A stretch of 64,000 nucleotides of DNA, from assembly GCA_049997875.1 (NCBI GenBank), contig JBEKRC010000001.1, positions 236,609 through 300,608 on the forward strand, read 5' to 3'. Position 1 is the stretch's first letter; each line of letters begins with the position of its first letter. The position numbers were made by a program, and so were the translations under genes. Shown here piece by piece: positions 29,601 to 38,752 of this stretch. A model generated the notes under the pieces. That model was given only the letters and a program-made list of their open reading frames with translations, had not been told where the DNA came from and ran no database searches. Source of the DNA: Minisyncoccia bacterium (GTDB lineage Bacteria > Patescibacteriota > Minisyncoccia > UBA6257 > 2-01-FULL-56-20).

Positions 29601-31148
29601 ATGACTATGGACGATTGGCGTTCGTTTGCGGAGGAAGCGGTCCGGCGTGCGAAGCGCGCGGGTGCTTCCTATGCGGATATACGCGTTTACCCGGAAGATC
29701 GCTTTGAAGAAGTGGAAACGGAGAACGGCGAGGTGGTTGCCGTGAACACGGGCGCGCATGCCGGGTTCGGTGTGCGGGTGCTGTGCGAGGGCGCTTGGGG
29801 ATTTTATGCGACCGATGCGCTCTCAAAATCGGAAATCGCGAAAGTTGTTGACCGCGCCGTGGCGAACGCGCGCGCGAACGCGGCGACGCGCAAACAGCCG
29901 GTGGAGCTGCTTCCTTTGGGCGAGGACGAGCGTGGAAAGGAGTATCGTTACGCTTCTAAATACGAGACCGACCCGTTCTCCGTTGCGGTTGATAAAAAAG
30001 TGGAATTGCTCTTGCGCGCGGACCGTGCGATGGCCGGAGCGAGCAAGCGCGTATTCTTGAGAAAGGGGAACATAAGTTCCTACCGTTTTAGAAAAATTTT
30101 ATTTACAAGCAACAGCGTATTCGCCGATCAGACATTTACGCGCGTGGGCGCGAGCGTCGTCGCGACCGCAGAGCGCGACCATGCCGATCCTGACAAACAG
30201 ACCTGTTCGCATCCCTCGCACTTCCCGTCGGTGATGCAAAAAGGGTGGGAAGCGGTGCTTGATTTTGATCTTGCAGGAAACGCGGGGCGGATTGCGGAGG
30301 AGGCGGACCGGTTTTTGGACGCGCCGGAAACCCCGACCGGCGTGCGCGACATCATCTTGATGCCGGAGCAGAACAATCTGCATGCGACGCACGAGACCGT
30401 GCACGGTGCGGAAGGGGATCGCGTGGACGACAAGGAATGGTCGCTCTCTGGCGGCAGCTTGTTCTCACTCGTGCTTCCCGAGATCGGCTCATTCCGGTTC
30501 GGCTCGGATGCGGTGAGTATCGTCGCGGACAGTTTGACCGAAGGCGGTGTGGGGACGTTCGCGTGCGACGACGAAGGGATTCCGGCAAAAAAGACAGTCC
30601 TCGTGGACCGTGGCATCTGGAAAGGACTCCTCGTTTCCCGCGAGAGTGCACTGTCGCTTAATCGGAAGCTCGCCAAAAATTATTTCACGGAAGCGAGCGG
30701 CGCCATGCGTGCGTCAAGCTATGCCTCATTCCCGCTCATTCGCATGAACAACATATCGCTCTTGCCCGGCGAAATCTCCTATGAAGAAATGTTGGATCGC
30801 GTTCCCGTGGGAACGATCCGTTTTGGCAACAACAAAAGCTGGTCCATTGATCCGTACCGCCGAGATTTCCAGTTCGGCACGGAAACCGGATGGGAGAAAG
30901 TTTTGCGGAACGGGAAGGCGGTGTGGGAGCCGCGGCGCAATCCGGTGTACCGCGGCGATAATTTGAAACAGTTCTTCAGGAATTGCGTGACGCCCGCGGA
31001 TGCGAAGAGCGCGCTCTTGCTCGGCGTCGGCAATTGCGGCAAAGGGAGGCCGGTGCAGACCATGGCGACCGGGCACTGTACGCCGCCCACATGGTACAAA
31101 AATATCAACGTTGATTCGTCGCGTTCGGCGGCCGCGATGAAAAAGTAA
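29601..31148 (+). CDS. tldD: TldD-family metalloprotease
   Basis: Full-length PmbA/TldD fold with HxxxH-type region (HETVHGAEGD); paired with tldE. Confidence 0.75.
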   Translation: MTMDDWRSFAEEAVRRAKRAGASYADIRVYPEDRFEEVETENGEVVAVNTGAHAGFGVRVLCEGAWGFYATDALSKSEIAKVVDRAVANARANAATRKQPVELLPLGEDERGKEYRYASKYETDPFSVAVDKKVELLLRADRAMAGASKRVFLRKGNISSYRFRKILFTSNSVFADQTFTRVGASVVATAERDHADPDKQTCSHPSHFPSVMQKGWEAVLDFDLAGNAGRIAEEADRFLDAPETPTGVRDIILMPEQNNLHATHETVHGAEGDRVDDKEWSLSGGSLFSLVLPEIGSFRFGSDAVSIVADSLTEGGVGTFACDDEGIPAKKTVLVDRGIWKGLLVSRESALSLNRKLAKNYFTEASGAMRASSYASFPLIRMNNISLLPGEISYEEMLDRVPVGTIRFGNNKSWSIDPYRRDFQFGTETGWEKVLRNGKAVWEPRRNPVYRGDNLKQFFRNCVTPADAKSALLLGVGNCGKGRPVQTMATGHCTPPTWYKNINVDSSRSAAAMKK

Positions 31149-31187
31149 CGCGCACACCTTTCCAGGTATTTTCAAAAATTTCCCAAC

Positions 31188-32609
31188 ATGAAAAACGCAC
31201 AAGAAATAATCGCAAAAGTTTTGGAGGACACGAAAAAGCGCGGCGCGGCCTTCACTGAAGTGATGGTTGCGCAGGGCTCGCACTCCTTCAAACGCATCAC
31301 GGACGGCGAGAGTTATCAGCCGACGGCGGGTGAGGGCGTTTCCATCATGGTGAGCTGTATCATTGACGGCAAGCGCGTGAACGCTTCATGCGATTCCCTG
31401 GACGCGCTTCCGGGCGAAATAGAAAATCTGTTCGTGAAGGCGCGCCTCCTGCCGCGCGAAAAGGAAGAGCTTTTCATTCCCGCGAAACCGTTTCCCAAAG
31501 CGTCAGTTCCCGAGTCGCTCCTTTATGATACGGAGACCGCGCAAATGGACGACGGAAAACTCGTGCGCACCATACAGGAAATAAACGGCATCATTGAACC
31601 CGCGGGATTCATATTCGACGGGGCGATCGCGCAGGGCGTGGGCGAGCTCACATTTGCGAACTCAGCGGGCACCTTGCAGAGCGCAAAGTCCACAAGCGCG
31701 GAGCTTTCCATATTCGGTTTTGATCCGAAGGACCGCTCCATCTCCGCCTATCGCACGGTGGCGGGAAAGTCGCTCAAAGAATTCGGGGTCGCTGCGGTCG
31801 CGGAGGATGTGAAAAAGAAATTGGAAATCCAGAGAAAATATCTTTCCGCGCACGGCGGGAAATATATTGATCCCTTTCTCGGGAAACCGGGACCGCAGCG
31901 GTTTGACGTGATTATGGAGCCATCGTGTTGGGCGGGACTCCTTGCCATTTTTTCGGGGCAGGCGGAGGCGTGGAACGGGAAGGCATATCAGGAGGGCACG
32001 AGCTTTTTCTCCGGCAAGCTTGGCACGCGCGTGATGGGCGAGAATATCACTATCATTGATGACCCGTTGAATCCGCTTGGCATCCCGCAAGCGTTTGATT
32101 ATGAAGGATTTCCCAAACAGAAGCTCGTGCTTGTGGAGAATGGTATTGCGAAGAACGTTGCGTATGACAACGCGCTCGCAAAAAAATATGGAACGGTCTC
32201 CACTGGTCACGCGCTGCCCGCTTCTGCCCGCAGTTTTGGCGCCCTGCCGCTGCACCTTGCGATCCAGGGCGGCACATCAAGCGTGGAGGAAATGATCCGC
32301 GCGTCAAAGAAGCCCGCGCTCTGGATCACGACGCTCCATTATATCCGCGCGACGCACCAGCAGGACGGCAGCGCGACCGGCACCACGCTCCATGGTGTTT
32401 TCCTCGTGAAGGACGGCGAGGTTGTGGGGCCCACCATGCATCTCCGCTTTGATGAAAGCTTGCCGCAGGCTTTGAGCCGCGTCACGCATCTCTCGCCCGC
32501 GCGACCCACGCTTTCCATGGAGAACGACGACACACCGTACATCCTCCCCGCCATGCGCTCGGAAGGGTTCCGCTTTGTGAGCGTGAACGACCGCAGCACG
32601 AAGGGGTAG
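31188..32609 (+). CDS. pmbA: TldE/PmbA-family protein (partner of TldD)
   Basis: PmbA/TldD family second subunit; lacks the HExxxH of TldD. Confidence 0.7.
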   Translation: MKNAQEIIAKVLEDTKKRGAAFTEVMVAQGSHSFKRITDGESYQPTAGEGVSIMVSCIIDGKRVNASCDSLDALPGEIENLFVKARLLPREKEELFIPAKPFPKASVPESLLYDTETAQMDDGKLVRTIQEINGIIEPAGFIFDGAIAQGVGELTFANSAGTLQSAKSTSAELSIFGFDPKDRSISAYRTVAGKSLKEFGVAAVAEDVKKKLEIQRKYLSAHGGKYIDPFLGKPGPQRFDVIMEPSCWAGLLAIFSGQAEAWNGKAYQEGTSFFSGKLGTRVMGENITIIDDPLNPLGIPQAFDYEGFPKQKLVLVENGIAKNVAYDNALAKKYGTVSTGHALPASARSFGALPLHLAIQGGTSSVEEMIRASKKPALWITTLHYIRATHQQDGSATGTTLHGVFLVKDGEVVGPTMHLRFDESLPQALSRVTHLSPARPTLSMENDDTPYILPAMRSEGFRFVSVNDRSTKG

Positions 32610-32642
32610 GTGCGCGCAGATGCACGCGGGATCCAGCGCCGC

Positions 32643-32695
32643 ATTAAAAAATTATTAAAAACTATTTGACGGCACTGGTCGGCCCGCGTTATAAT
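32643..32695 (+). promoter_or_regulatory. Promoter: AT-rich UP-like 17-mer + TTGACG-N18-TATAAT
   Basis: ATTAAAAAATTATTAAA (32643-32659), TTGACG 32666-32671, TATAAT 32690-32695. Confidence 0.55.
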
Positions 32696-32726
32696 CAGAG
32701 AACAATTATTGGGATTTCCCACAACG

Positions 32727-32759
32727 CACCCCGCCCCTCGGCGGGGTGTACTATTTTTT
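32727..32759 (+). terminator. Rho-independent terminator about 35 nt downstream of the promoter (mini-transcript or attenuator)
   Basis: CACCCCGCC-cctc-GGCGGGGTG stem (9 bp) followed by TACTATTTTTT. Confidence 0.55.
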
Positions 32760-32996
32760 CGGAAAGTACGGGAGACGGTCATAAACATTTCTTCAGCGTT
32801 TTTGAGACCAAACAAAAAGCCGCTCGTCATTGAGCGGATCTTTGGCATGCCCGCTATCAGCCTTGTGGCCTTGCGACCGCTTTTACGCCGATACGGGATT
32901 GGGTACCCGCGGGCATAGTCCTATGATAAGTCAGAAATTCTCCTTGTCAAGAACGGTTTTAAAAAGTTTTAATGCCCTTTGTGCTAGGATTGCGGC

Positions 32997-34169
32997 ATGA
33001 AAAACAAAATTATGTCGTGTTGTTTGTGCGTTGCGGTTGCGGGCGGTTGGGCGTGGATGGCGGGGATGGCGTGGGCGTGGCTGCCGGCTTGGTCATCGGC
33101 TTGGCCATCTTTGCGGACGGCGGAGGCCGCTTATCATTTCTCCGGCTTCTTGGGCAAACCGCCGATTCACATTTTCCGGTCGGCGCAGAAGGCGCCCGCG
33201 GGCGTGACCCCCGCGGAAATCAGAAGGATCTACAACCTGCCGTCCACGGGTGGGCAAGGGACAATTGCCATCATTGATGCATACGACGCCCCGAACATTG
33301 AGAGCAACCTCGCGGTGTTCAATAAGACCTATGGGTTGCCCGCGTGCACAACGAAGAACGGTTGCCTGGAAAAGCATAAAATAGCGAGTTCCACGGCTAC
33401 GAACGGCGGGTGGGCGTTGGAGGAATCGCTTGATGTTGAATGGGCGCATGCCATAGCGCCGCAGGCGAAGATCCTGCTTGTGGAGGCGAAGACGGCGAGC
33501 GGGGCGAACCTGCTTGCGGCGGTTGATTATGCGGCATCGCGCAAGGACGTGGTCGCGATCTCCATGAGCTGGGGCGGCGAGGAATTTCCCGAAGAGCTTT
33601 CGCTTGATTCGCATCTTGTGAGCAAGTCGGGGGCGGTATTCTTTGCGGCGTCCGGCGACGACGGCGCGGGCGCGGAGTGGCCCGCCGCGTCGCCGAATGT
33701 GGTGGGCGTCGGGGGCACGTCGCTGGAACTTTTCAAAAGCGGTGCGTTCATTTCTGAATCGGCGTGGGCGGGGAGCGGCGGCGGCGTGAGTGCATACGAA
33801 CCGGAGCCGGATTATCAAAAAGCGTACAGCATCCCGAAGGCGAACGGCCATCGCGCGGTTCCTGACGTGGCTTATAACGCCGATCCCAAATCTGGATTCG
33901 TGGTTTACCGTACCACCGGTTCCTCAAAAAACGGCTGGTACACGGTCGGCGGCACGTCCGCTGGTGCGCCGCAATGGGCGGCAATTCATGCTCTTAATCT
34001 TTCCGTCTCGCTTCCGAAGTTGTATTCAGACAAGGCGTCCGGCGATACGCTCAAATATTTCCGCGACATCACGAGCGGCGCGAACGGCACGTGCAGATAT
34101 TACTGCAACGCCCGCGCGCGCTACGACTACGTGACCGGCCTCGGCGTCCCGCAGACCGCGCAATTCTAG
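32997..34169 (+). CDS. S53 sedolisin-family serine-carboxyl peptidase, with Trp-rich N-terminal leader
   Basis: IIDAYD (Asp), EESLDVEWAHA (Glu), SWGG, GGTSAGAPQWAA (Ser) arrangement typical of S53/S8-fold peptidases. Confidence 0.55.
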   Translation: MKNKIMSCCLCVAVAGGWAWMAGMAWAWLPAWSSAWPSLRTAEAAYHFSGFLGKPPIHIFRSAQKAPAGVTPAEIRRIYNLPSTGGQGTIAIIDAYDAPNIESNLAVFNKTYGLPACTTKNGCLEKHKIASSTATNGGWALEESLDVEWAHAIAPQAKILLVEAKTASGANLLAAVDYAASRKDVVAISMSWGGEEFPEELSLDSHLVSKSGAVFFAASGDDGAGAEWPAASPNVVGVGGTSLELFKSGAFISESAWAGSGGGVSAYEPEPDYQKAYSIPKANGHRAVPDVAYNADPKSGFVVYRTTGSSKNGWYTVGGTSAGAPQWAAIHALNLSVSLPKLYSDKASGDTLKYFRDITSGANGTCRYYCNARARYDYVTGLGVPQTAQF

Positions 34170-34178
34170 AAAAACCAG

Positions 34179-34230
34179 ATTAAAAAATTATTAAAAAATC
34201 TTTGACATTATCATGGCGATCGCTACGATG
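34179..34230 (+). promoter_or_regulatory. Promoter: same AT-rich 17-mer + TTGACA-N16-TACGAT
   Basis: ATTAAAAAATTATTAAAAAA 34179-34198, TTGACA 34202-34207, TACGAT 34224-34229. Confidence 0.5.
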
Positions 34231-34245
34231 GAACTATCTACTACC

Positions 34246-34503
34246 ATGGATGAAAAATTTACCGTTACTCAAACTATAGGCAACTGGATTTCCACGCTTC
34301 TACTTGGTTCTACAAAAGAACTTATTGTTCGCATAGATGAGCGGGTAGCCGTGCTTTCTCAAAAAACAGATCGGATGGAGGAGAGAATGGGGAGACTGGA
34401 GCGGGAGGTTATGTCCCAGGGCGCCGACATTAGGGTTCTCAAGGAAGATGTCCACTATCTAAAGGAGGACGTTCGCTACCTAAAATCCCGCGCCACTGCT
34501 TGA
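34246..34503 (+). CDS. Hypothetical coiled-coil protein (short leader transcript)
   Basis: Heptad-rich C-terminus (VLKEDVHYLKEDVRYLK). The start is moved to MDEKF because the predicted -10 lies inside the longer ORF. Confidence 0.3.
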   Translation: MDEKFTVTQTIGNWISTLLLGSTKELIVRIDERVAVLSQKTDRMEERMGRLEREVMSQGADIRVLKEDVHYLKEDVRYLKSRATA

Positions 34504-34523
34504 TTTTTGGTGTCCATAAACGC

Positions 34524-34553
34524 TTGGAATTTTGCCGCAAAATGTGCTAGAAT
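34524..34553 (+). promoter_or_regulatory. Putative gyrB promoter TTGGAA-N18-TAGAAT
   Basis: Hexamers at 34524-34529 and 34548-34553, about 55 nt upstream of the gyrB ATG. Confidence 0.35.
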
Positions 34554-34607
34554 AAGGTATCCGTTCCGGCGGGATTATTTTTTGAAGAGGGCCGGAAAGG
34601 CCCGAAA

Positions 34608-36698
34608 ATGCCCAAAAAACGAGCGAAAAAGGAGGTCAAAAAGGATACCAACAAAGGCAGCGCATCCTACAGCGCGAAGGACATTTACGTTCTTGAAGGA
34701 CTTGAGCCGGTGCGCAAGCGGCCCGGCATGTACATCGGCTCCACGGGCTCCATCGGATTGCACCACCTGATTTGGGAGGTTGTGGACAACTCTATTGACG
34801 AGGCGATGGCGGGATACGCGAAGAATATCACGGTTGAACTCTCGCCTGGAAACAAAGTGGCGGTGACGGACGACGGTCGTGGCATTCCGGTGGAAAGGCA
34901 CGCGCAGACGAAGAAGTCGGCGCTTGAGACCGTGATGACGACACTCCACGCCGGAGGCAAATTCGGCGGCGAATCGTACAAGGTTTCGGGCGGGCTACAC
35001 GGTGTGGGCGTGTCGGTCGTGAACGCGCTTTCGGAGTGGCTCAAAGTGGAAGTGGAGCGCGATGGTGGACTTTTCGTTCAGGAATATGTGCGCGGTAAGC
35101 CGAAATACAAAGTGAAGAGGGTCGGCGCGTCCAAGCGTCACGGCACGAAGGTAACTTTTTCGCCTGATCCGCAGATTCTCACCGAACTTGAGTTTGACGA
35201 CAAGACGATTTTAGATCACCTGCGCCAGCAGGCCTATCTTACGAAAGGCGTGCGGATCAACATATTTGATCGGCGGCAGAAAGTGCCGGTATTCTACGGA
35301 TTTTATTTTGAGGGCGGATTGCTTTCGTTCGTGCGGTTTCTTGCCGAGAAGAAGAACAAGTTGCAGGAAGATATTTTTTACGTTGATAAAGAACAGGAGA
35401 AGATAGAGGTAGAAGCGGCGTTCCAGTACGTGGACGACACGAAGGTGCAGGAGATGAGCTTCGCGAACAACATTTACACGCCTGACGGCGGGATGCACCT
35501 TACTGGTTTCCGGTCGGCGCTCACGCGCTCCTTGAATGCCCATGCGCGCACGGAAGGATACCTGAAAGAAAAGGATGAGAACCTGACGAGCGACGATGTG
35601 CGCGAGGGATTGGTGGCCGTGATTTCCGTAAAGCTCCGCGAACCGCAGTTTGAGGGGCAAACCAAAGCGAAGCTTGGCAATCCGGAGGCGCGGACGGCGG
35701 TGGAAAGCGTTGTGAATGAGGCGCTAAAAGAGTTTTTAGAGAAGCACCCGCAGGAAGCGAAGTCCATCGTCGCGAAGGTGTTGCTTACCGCGAAGGCGCG
35801 GCTTGCCGCGCGCGCGGCACGGGAGACCGTTTTGCGCAAGGGCGCGTTTGAGGGACTCACGTTGCCGGGGAAGCTTGCCGATTGTATCTCAAAGGACGCG
35901 GCGGAATCGGAACTCTTCATTGTGGAGGGCGACTCCGCGGGCGGAACGGCAAAGCAGGGACGGAACCGCCACACGCAGGCGATCTTGCCTTTGCGCGGGA
36001 AAATCTTGAATGTGGAGCGGGCGCATCTGGACAAGATGCTTGCGAACGCGGAGGTGCGCGCGCTTGTCGTCGCGATCGGCACGGCGATCGGCGAGGAGTT
36101 TGACATGGGGAAGCTCCGGTACCACAAAGTCATCATCATGACGGACGCGGACGTGGACGGCGCGCACATCCGGACGCTGCTTCTCACACTCTTCTACCGT
36201 TATTTCAAGGAAGTGGTGGAAGGCGGTTACTTGTACATCGCCCAGCCGCCGCTTTACCGCATACAGCTCGGCAAGGCCGTGCGCTATGCGTTCTCGGACG
36301 CGGAGAAGGATAGGGTGATTGCGGAAATGCAGAAAGAAAAACCGGCGGAGAAAAAATCCGCGAAACAAAAAGCGGCCCCGGCCGGCGCCGCCTCCTCCGC
36401 GGCCGTCGCAGAGGGGACTGCTGCAGAGGGAGAAACGGTGTCCGAGGGCGAAAACGTGGGCGGGAGTACGCGCCTCCCGAACATCCAGCGCTACAAGGGC
36501 TTGGGCGAAATGAACGCAAGTCAGCTTTGGGAAACAACCATGAATCCGGAGAACCGCATGATGAAGCAGGTGATGGTTGACGACGCGGAAAAGGCGGACA
36601 AACTTTTTGACATACTGATGGGCGATGCCGTGGAACCGCGCAAGAACTTCATCCAGGCGCACGCGGCGACGGTGCAGAATTTGGATCTTCAGGCATAA
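34608..36698 (+). CDS. gyrB: DNA gyrase subunit B
   Basis: GHKL ATPase (EVVDNSIDEA), TOPRIM (EGDSAGG), C-terminal QRYKGLGEMN. Carries a low-complexity Ala/Glu/Lys insert near the C-terminus. Confidence 0.9.
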   Translation: MPKKRAKKEVKKDTNKGSASYSAKDIYVLEGLEPVRKRPGMYIGSTGSIGLHHLIWEVVDNSIDEAMAGYAKNITVELSPGNKVAVTDDGRGIPVERHAQTKKSALETVMTTLHAGGKFGGESYKVSGGLHGVGVSVVNALSEWLKVEVERDGGLFVQEYVRGKPKYKVKRVGASKRHGTKVTFSPDPQILTELEFDDKTILDHLRQQAYLTKGVRINIFDRRQKVPVFYGFYFEGGLLSFVRFLAEKKNKLQEDIFYVDKEQEKIEVEAAFQYVDDTKVQEMSFANNIYTPDGGMHLTGFRSALTRSLNAHARTEGYLKEKDENLTSDDVREGLVAVISVKLREPQFEGQTKAKLGNPEARTAVESVVNEALKEFLEKHPQEAKSIVAKVLLTAKARLAARAARETVLRKGAFEGLTLPGKLADCISKDAAESELFIVEGDSAGGTAKQGRNRHTQAILPLRGKILNVERAHLDKMLANAEVRALVVAIGTAIGEEFDMGKLRYHKVIIMTDADVDGAHIRTLLLTLFYRYFKEVVEGGYLYIAQPPLYRIQLGKAVRYAFSDAEKDRVIAEMQKEKPAEKKSAKQKAAPAGAASSAAVAEGTAAEGETVSEGENVGGSTRLPNIQRYKGLGEMNASQLWETTMNPENRMMKQVMVDDAEKADKLFDILMGDAVEPRKNFIQAHAATVQNLDLQA

Positions 36699-36714
36699 GT
36701 GCGCAGCCCTTCCG

Positions 36715-36890
36715 CTTTTGAGGAACCCTCTCCGGCCTCGCAAAAATCCGGCTCGCTCATGTACGGAAATCCGCCACCCTGGTCGCTGCTCCCGGGCACC
36801 CGGCGGATTTCCTATTCGCTCGCGGATTTTTAACTCGGCCTCCGCACGGTTCCTCAAAAACTGGAGGACTGCGCTTTTTGTTTGAATCCC
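36715..36890. repeat. Large nested imperfect inverted repeat immediately 3' of gyrB
   Basis: Outer arms GAGGAACCCTCTCCGGCC...GCAAAAATCCGGCTCGC versus GCGAGCGGATTTTTAA...GGCCTCCGCACGGTTCCTC. Inner GGAAATCCGCC/GGCGGATTTCC hairpin. Confidence 0.45.
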
Positions 36891-36902
36891 CTGCGCACTT
36901 AA

Positions 36903-36930
36903 TTGACGTAGTCTAAAACGCTGTTATAAT
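36903..36930 (+). promoter_or_regulatory. Promoter TTGACG-N16-TATAAT
   Basis: TTGACG 36903-36908, TATAAT 36925-36930. Confidence 0.6.
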
Positions 36931-36936
36931 GCGCGT

Positions 36937-37101
36937 GTGGCAGGGAGACACTGGTCGACTCCCTGTGTGGTTGCTCTGAAACTGGCACAGGTTGGCGTGC
37001 ATGCACGCCTGGGCCCCAGAAGCGCACACCAGACCCGGCAAGGGCTATCGCAGAGCATCTAAAGCTCCGACAGCTGCAATCCTTGCCGTTTTTAATTTTT
37101 T
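36937..37101 (+). ncRNA. Candidate ~165-nt structured RNA / riboswitch-like leader ending in an intrinsic terminator
   Basis: Starts about 7 nt after TATAAT. Hairpins CAGGGAG-N11-CTCCCTG and GGCGTGCATGCACGCC. Terminal GGCAAGG...CCTTGCC stem followed by GTTTTTAATTTTTT. Class not recognised. Confidence 0.3.
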
Positions 37102-37168
37102 GAAATCAATGATCGTTCGAAACTCGTCCACACCTGCGCACAATTACTTAATTTTGTAGAATAGCAGT

Positions 37169-37666
37169 ATGGCGGTATTATTTGTAACCGTTGGTGTTCC
37201 TGGTTCAGGAAAAAGTTACTTTGCTGAGAAGCTTTGCAAAGAACGTGGGCTTGTCCATCTGCGTAGCGACAAAATTCGAGACATTGTTTTCCCGAAGCCG
37301 ACCTATAAGCCCGGAGAAAATAACAAGCTGTTCGGCTTGATTGATTTTCTTGTTGTTGAACTTCTTTCAAAAGGGGTTGGCGTCGTGTATGATGCCAACT
37401 TTACTAAGAAGATCCATCGAACGGAAATGGCGCGAATTGCAAAAAAGAATGGCGCACAATATGCCGTACTTTGGATAAAAACCCCTCTCTCGGTAGCATT
37501 AAAACGGGTTAAAGCTAGAAAGTATCACAAAATAGGGAAGCGAGTTGTTTTTGGCATACATGAGGAAACTGAATATCCTCACAATGAACCAGTGGTCGTT
37601 CTGGATGGAACTAAATCATATCGCAGCCAGAAGAGGCTATTTAAGCAATATTTCCGAGCTGCTTAA
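37169..37666 (+). CDS. Small P-loop kinase (AAA_33 / polynucleotide-kinase-like)
   Basis: Walker A GVPGSGKS, Walker B VVYDANF. 165 aa. AT-rich codon usage. Confidence 0.5.
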   Translation: MAVLFVTVGVPGSGKSYFAEKLCKERGLVHLRSDKIRDIVFPKPTYKPGENNKLFGLIDFLVVELLSKGVGVVYDANFTKKIHRTEMARIAKKNGAQYAVLWIKTPLSVALKRVKARKYHKIGKRVVFGIHEETEYPHNEPVVVLDGTKSYRSQKRLFKQYFRAA

Positions 37667-37703
37667 TAAGGTCGTTCGAAAATCGTTCAGGCCTGAGCAC
37701 TTA

Positions 37704-38312
37704 ATGGCTACAGTATATATCATCGGAGGGCCGTCGCGAGTTGGCAAATCAGAGATAGCTAAGAGGATTGAGGCTCATAAAATTTATGAGAATAAGAATC
37801 CGATTTATCTTCAGACCGATATTATACGCATGCGAGAAGATGTGCAAAATATTGATTTTCCGGCGTCTTTTATTCCGGACAAAAATGCAGAACCAAGAAA
37901 CGAACACGCAAAGTTTTATGTCCTTGAGTTTCTTAAAACAAATGATACGCCTGAATATCAATCGGATATTATCATCGAGGGAGTTGCGTTTGATCTTCCC
38001 GAGCGAACAAAAGATCTTGCATTAAAGCACCTCAAACTTAAAAAGGTGTTTATCTGGCATAGAGAATCCCATATCGAAAACGTGATAAGCTATACAAAAA
38101 GGGTTGGTGATTATAAAAGCTCAGAGCTCTTAAGCAAAGGCGAAAAACAATTTAGACGGGAAGTAACAAAAGAAATTCTAGACAGAATACAAGAAAATCT
38201 TGACATCAAGGAACGCGCAAAGAGATTCAATTGGGATTATTTCGAGACCACAGATCCCGGATCGCCGAGAACTCACATCGACCTTATTACCGAGTATCTG
38301 TTGAGAAGTTGA
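37704..38312 (+). CDS. Second small P-loop kinase-like protein
   Basis: Walker A GGPSRVGKS, hydrophobic-Glu Walker B IIIEGV. Start moved to MATVYIIGG. AT-rich. Confidence 0.4.
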   Translation: MATVYIIGGPSRVGKSEIAKRIEAHKIYENKNPIYLQTDIIRMREDVQNIDFPASFIPDKNAEPRNEHAKFYVLEFLKTNDTPEYQSDIIIEGVAFDLPERTKDLALKHLKLKKVFIWHRESHIENVISYTKRVGDYKSSELLSKGEKQFRREVTKEILDRIQENLDIKERAKRFNWDYFETTDPGSPRTHIDLITEYLLRS

Positions 38313-38364
38313 GTTTTTGACTCAATATTGTTCGAACATCGTTGCATGCTCTCCTGTGCACGGC

Positions 38365-38730
38365 TTAACCCTCAAACCTACGTAATCGGTGTTGTTTCAA
38401 TAATTTCCCGAGCCATCGCAATGGGGACGGGAATGAGCCGGATTTCCATCGGACGAGCCACGGGTGCCGTTTCATTTCTTTTGTGTTTCTCGCGTTGTTG
38501 CATGATGGGCAGCTAAGCACGAGTGTCCGCATCCTCATCCGGACATCTTTTCTCGGACCCATAAACGCTGAGGTGAGGTGGTCAATCGTGGCGTAATCTT
38601 CGGGCGTCGCCTTAAGTCCGCCCTTTCCGTAGTCGGGGTATAGTTTTAATTCTCTTCGGCACCAATAACAGTGCGGGTCTTCCCGCAGGAGCCGCTCCCG
38701 ACGTTTTCTAAAATATCCGGGCCTGGGCAT
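38365..38730 (-). CDS. HNH endonuclease
   Basis: CYWCRRE ... DHL ... CPSCNNARN, a C-x2-C...H...C-x2-C-N HNH zinc-finger nuclease motif. Confidence 0.65.
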   Translation of the reverse strand: MPRPGYFRKRRERLLREDPHCYWCRRELKLYPDYGKGGLKATPEDYATIDHLTSAFMGPRKDVRMRMRTLVLSCPSCNNARNTKEMKRHPWLVRWKSGSFPSPLRWLGKLLKQHRLRRFEG

Positions 38731-38752
38731 GGTAAAATTATGTGGAGGAAGC

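Noticed and set aside
36937-37101. Assigning the structured RNA to 6S, SRP (4.5S), RNase P or tmRNA
   Set aside because: Length is too short for RNase P or tmRNA. There is no paired 5'/3' closing stem with central bubble (6S) and no recognisable SRP domain-IV motif. Left as unclassified.
37169-38730. Septu-like defence system (ATPase + HNH)
   Set aside because: The P-loop proteins are 165-203 aa kinase-type folds, not the ~500-aa ABC/AAA_15-21 ATPase of PtuA. Kept only as a generic island or defence candidate.
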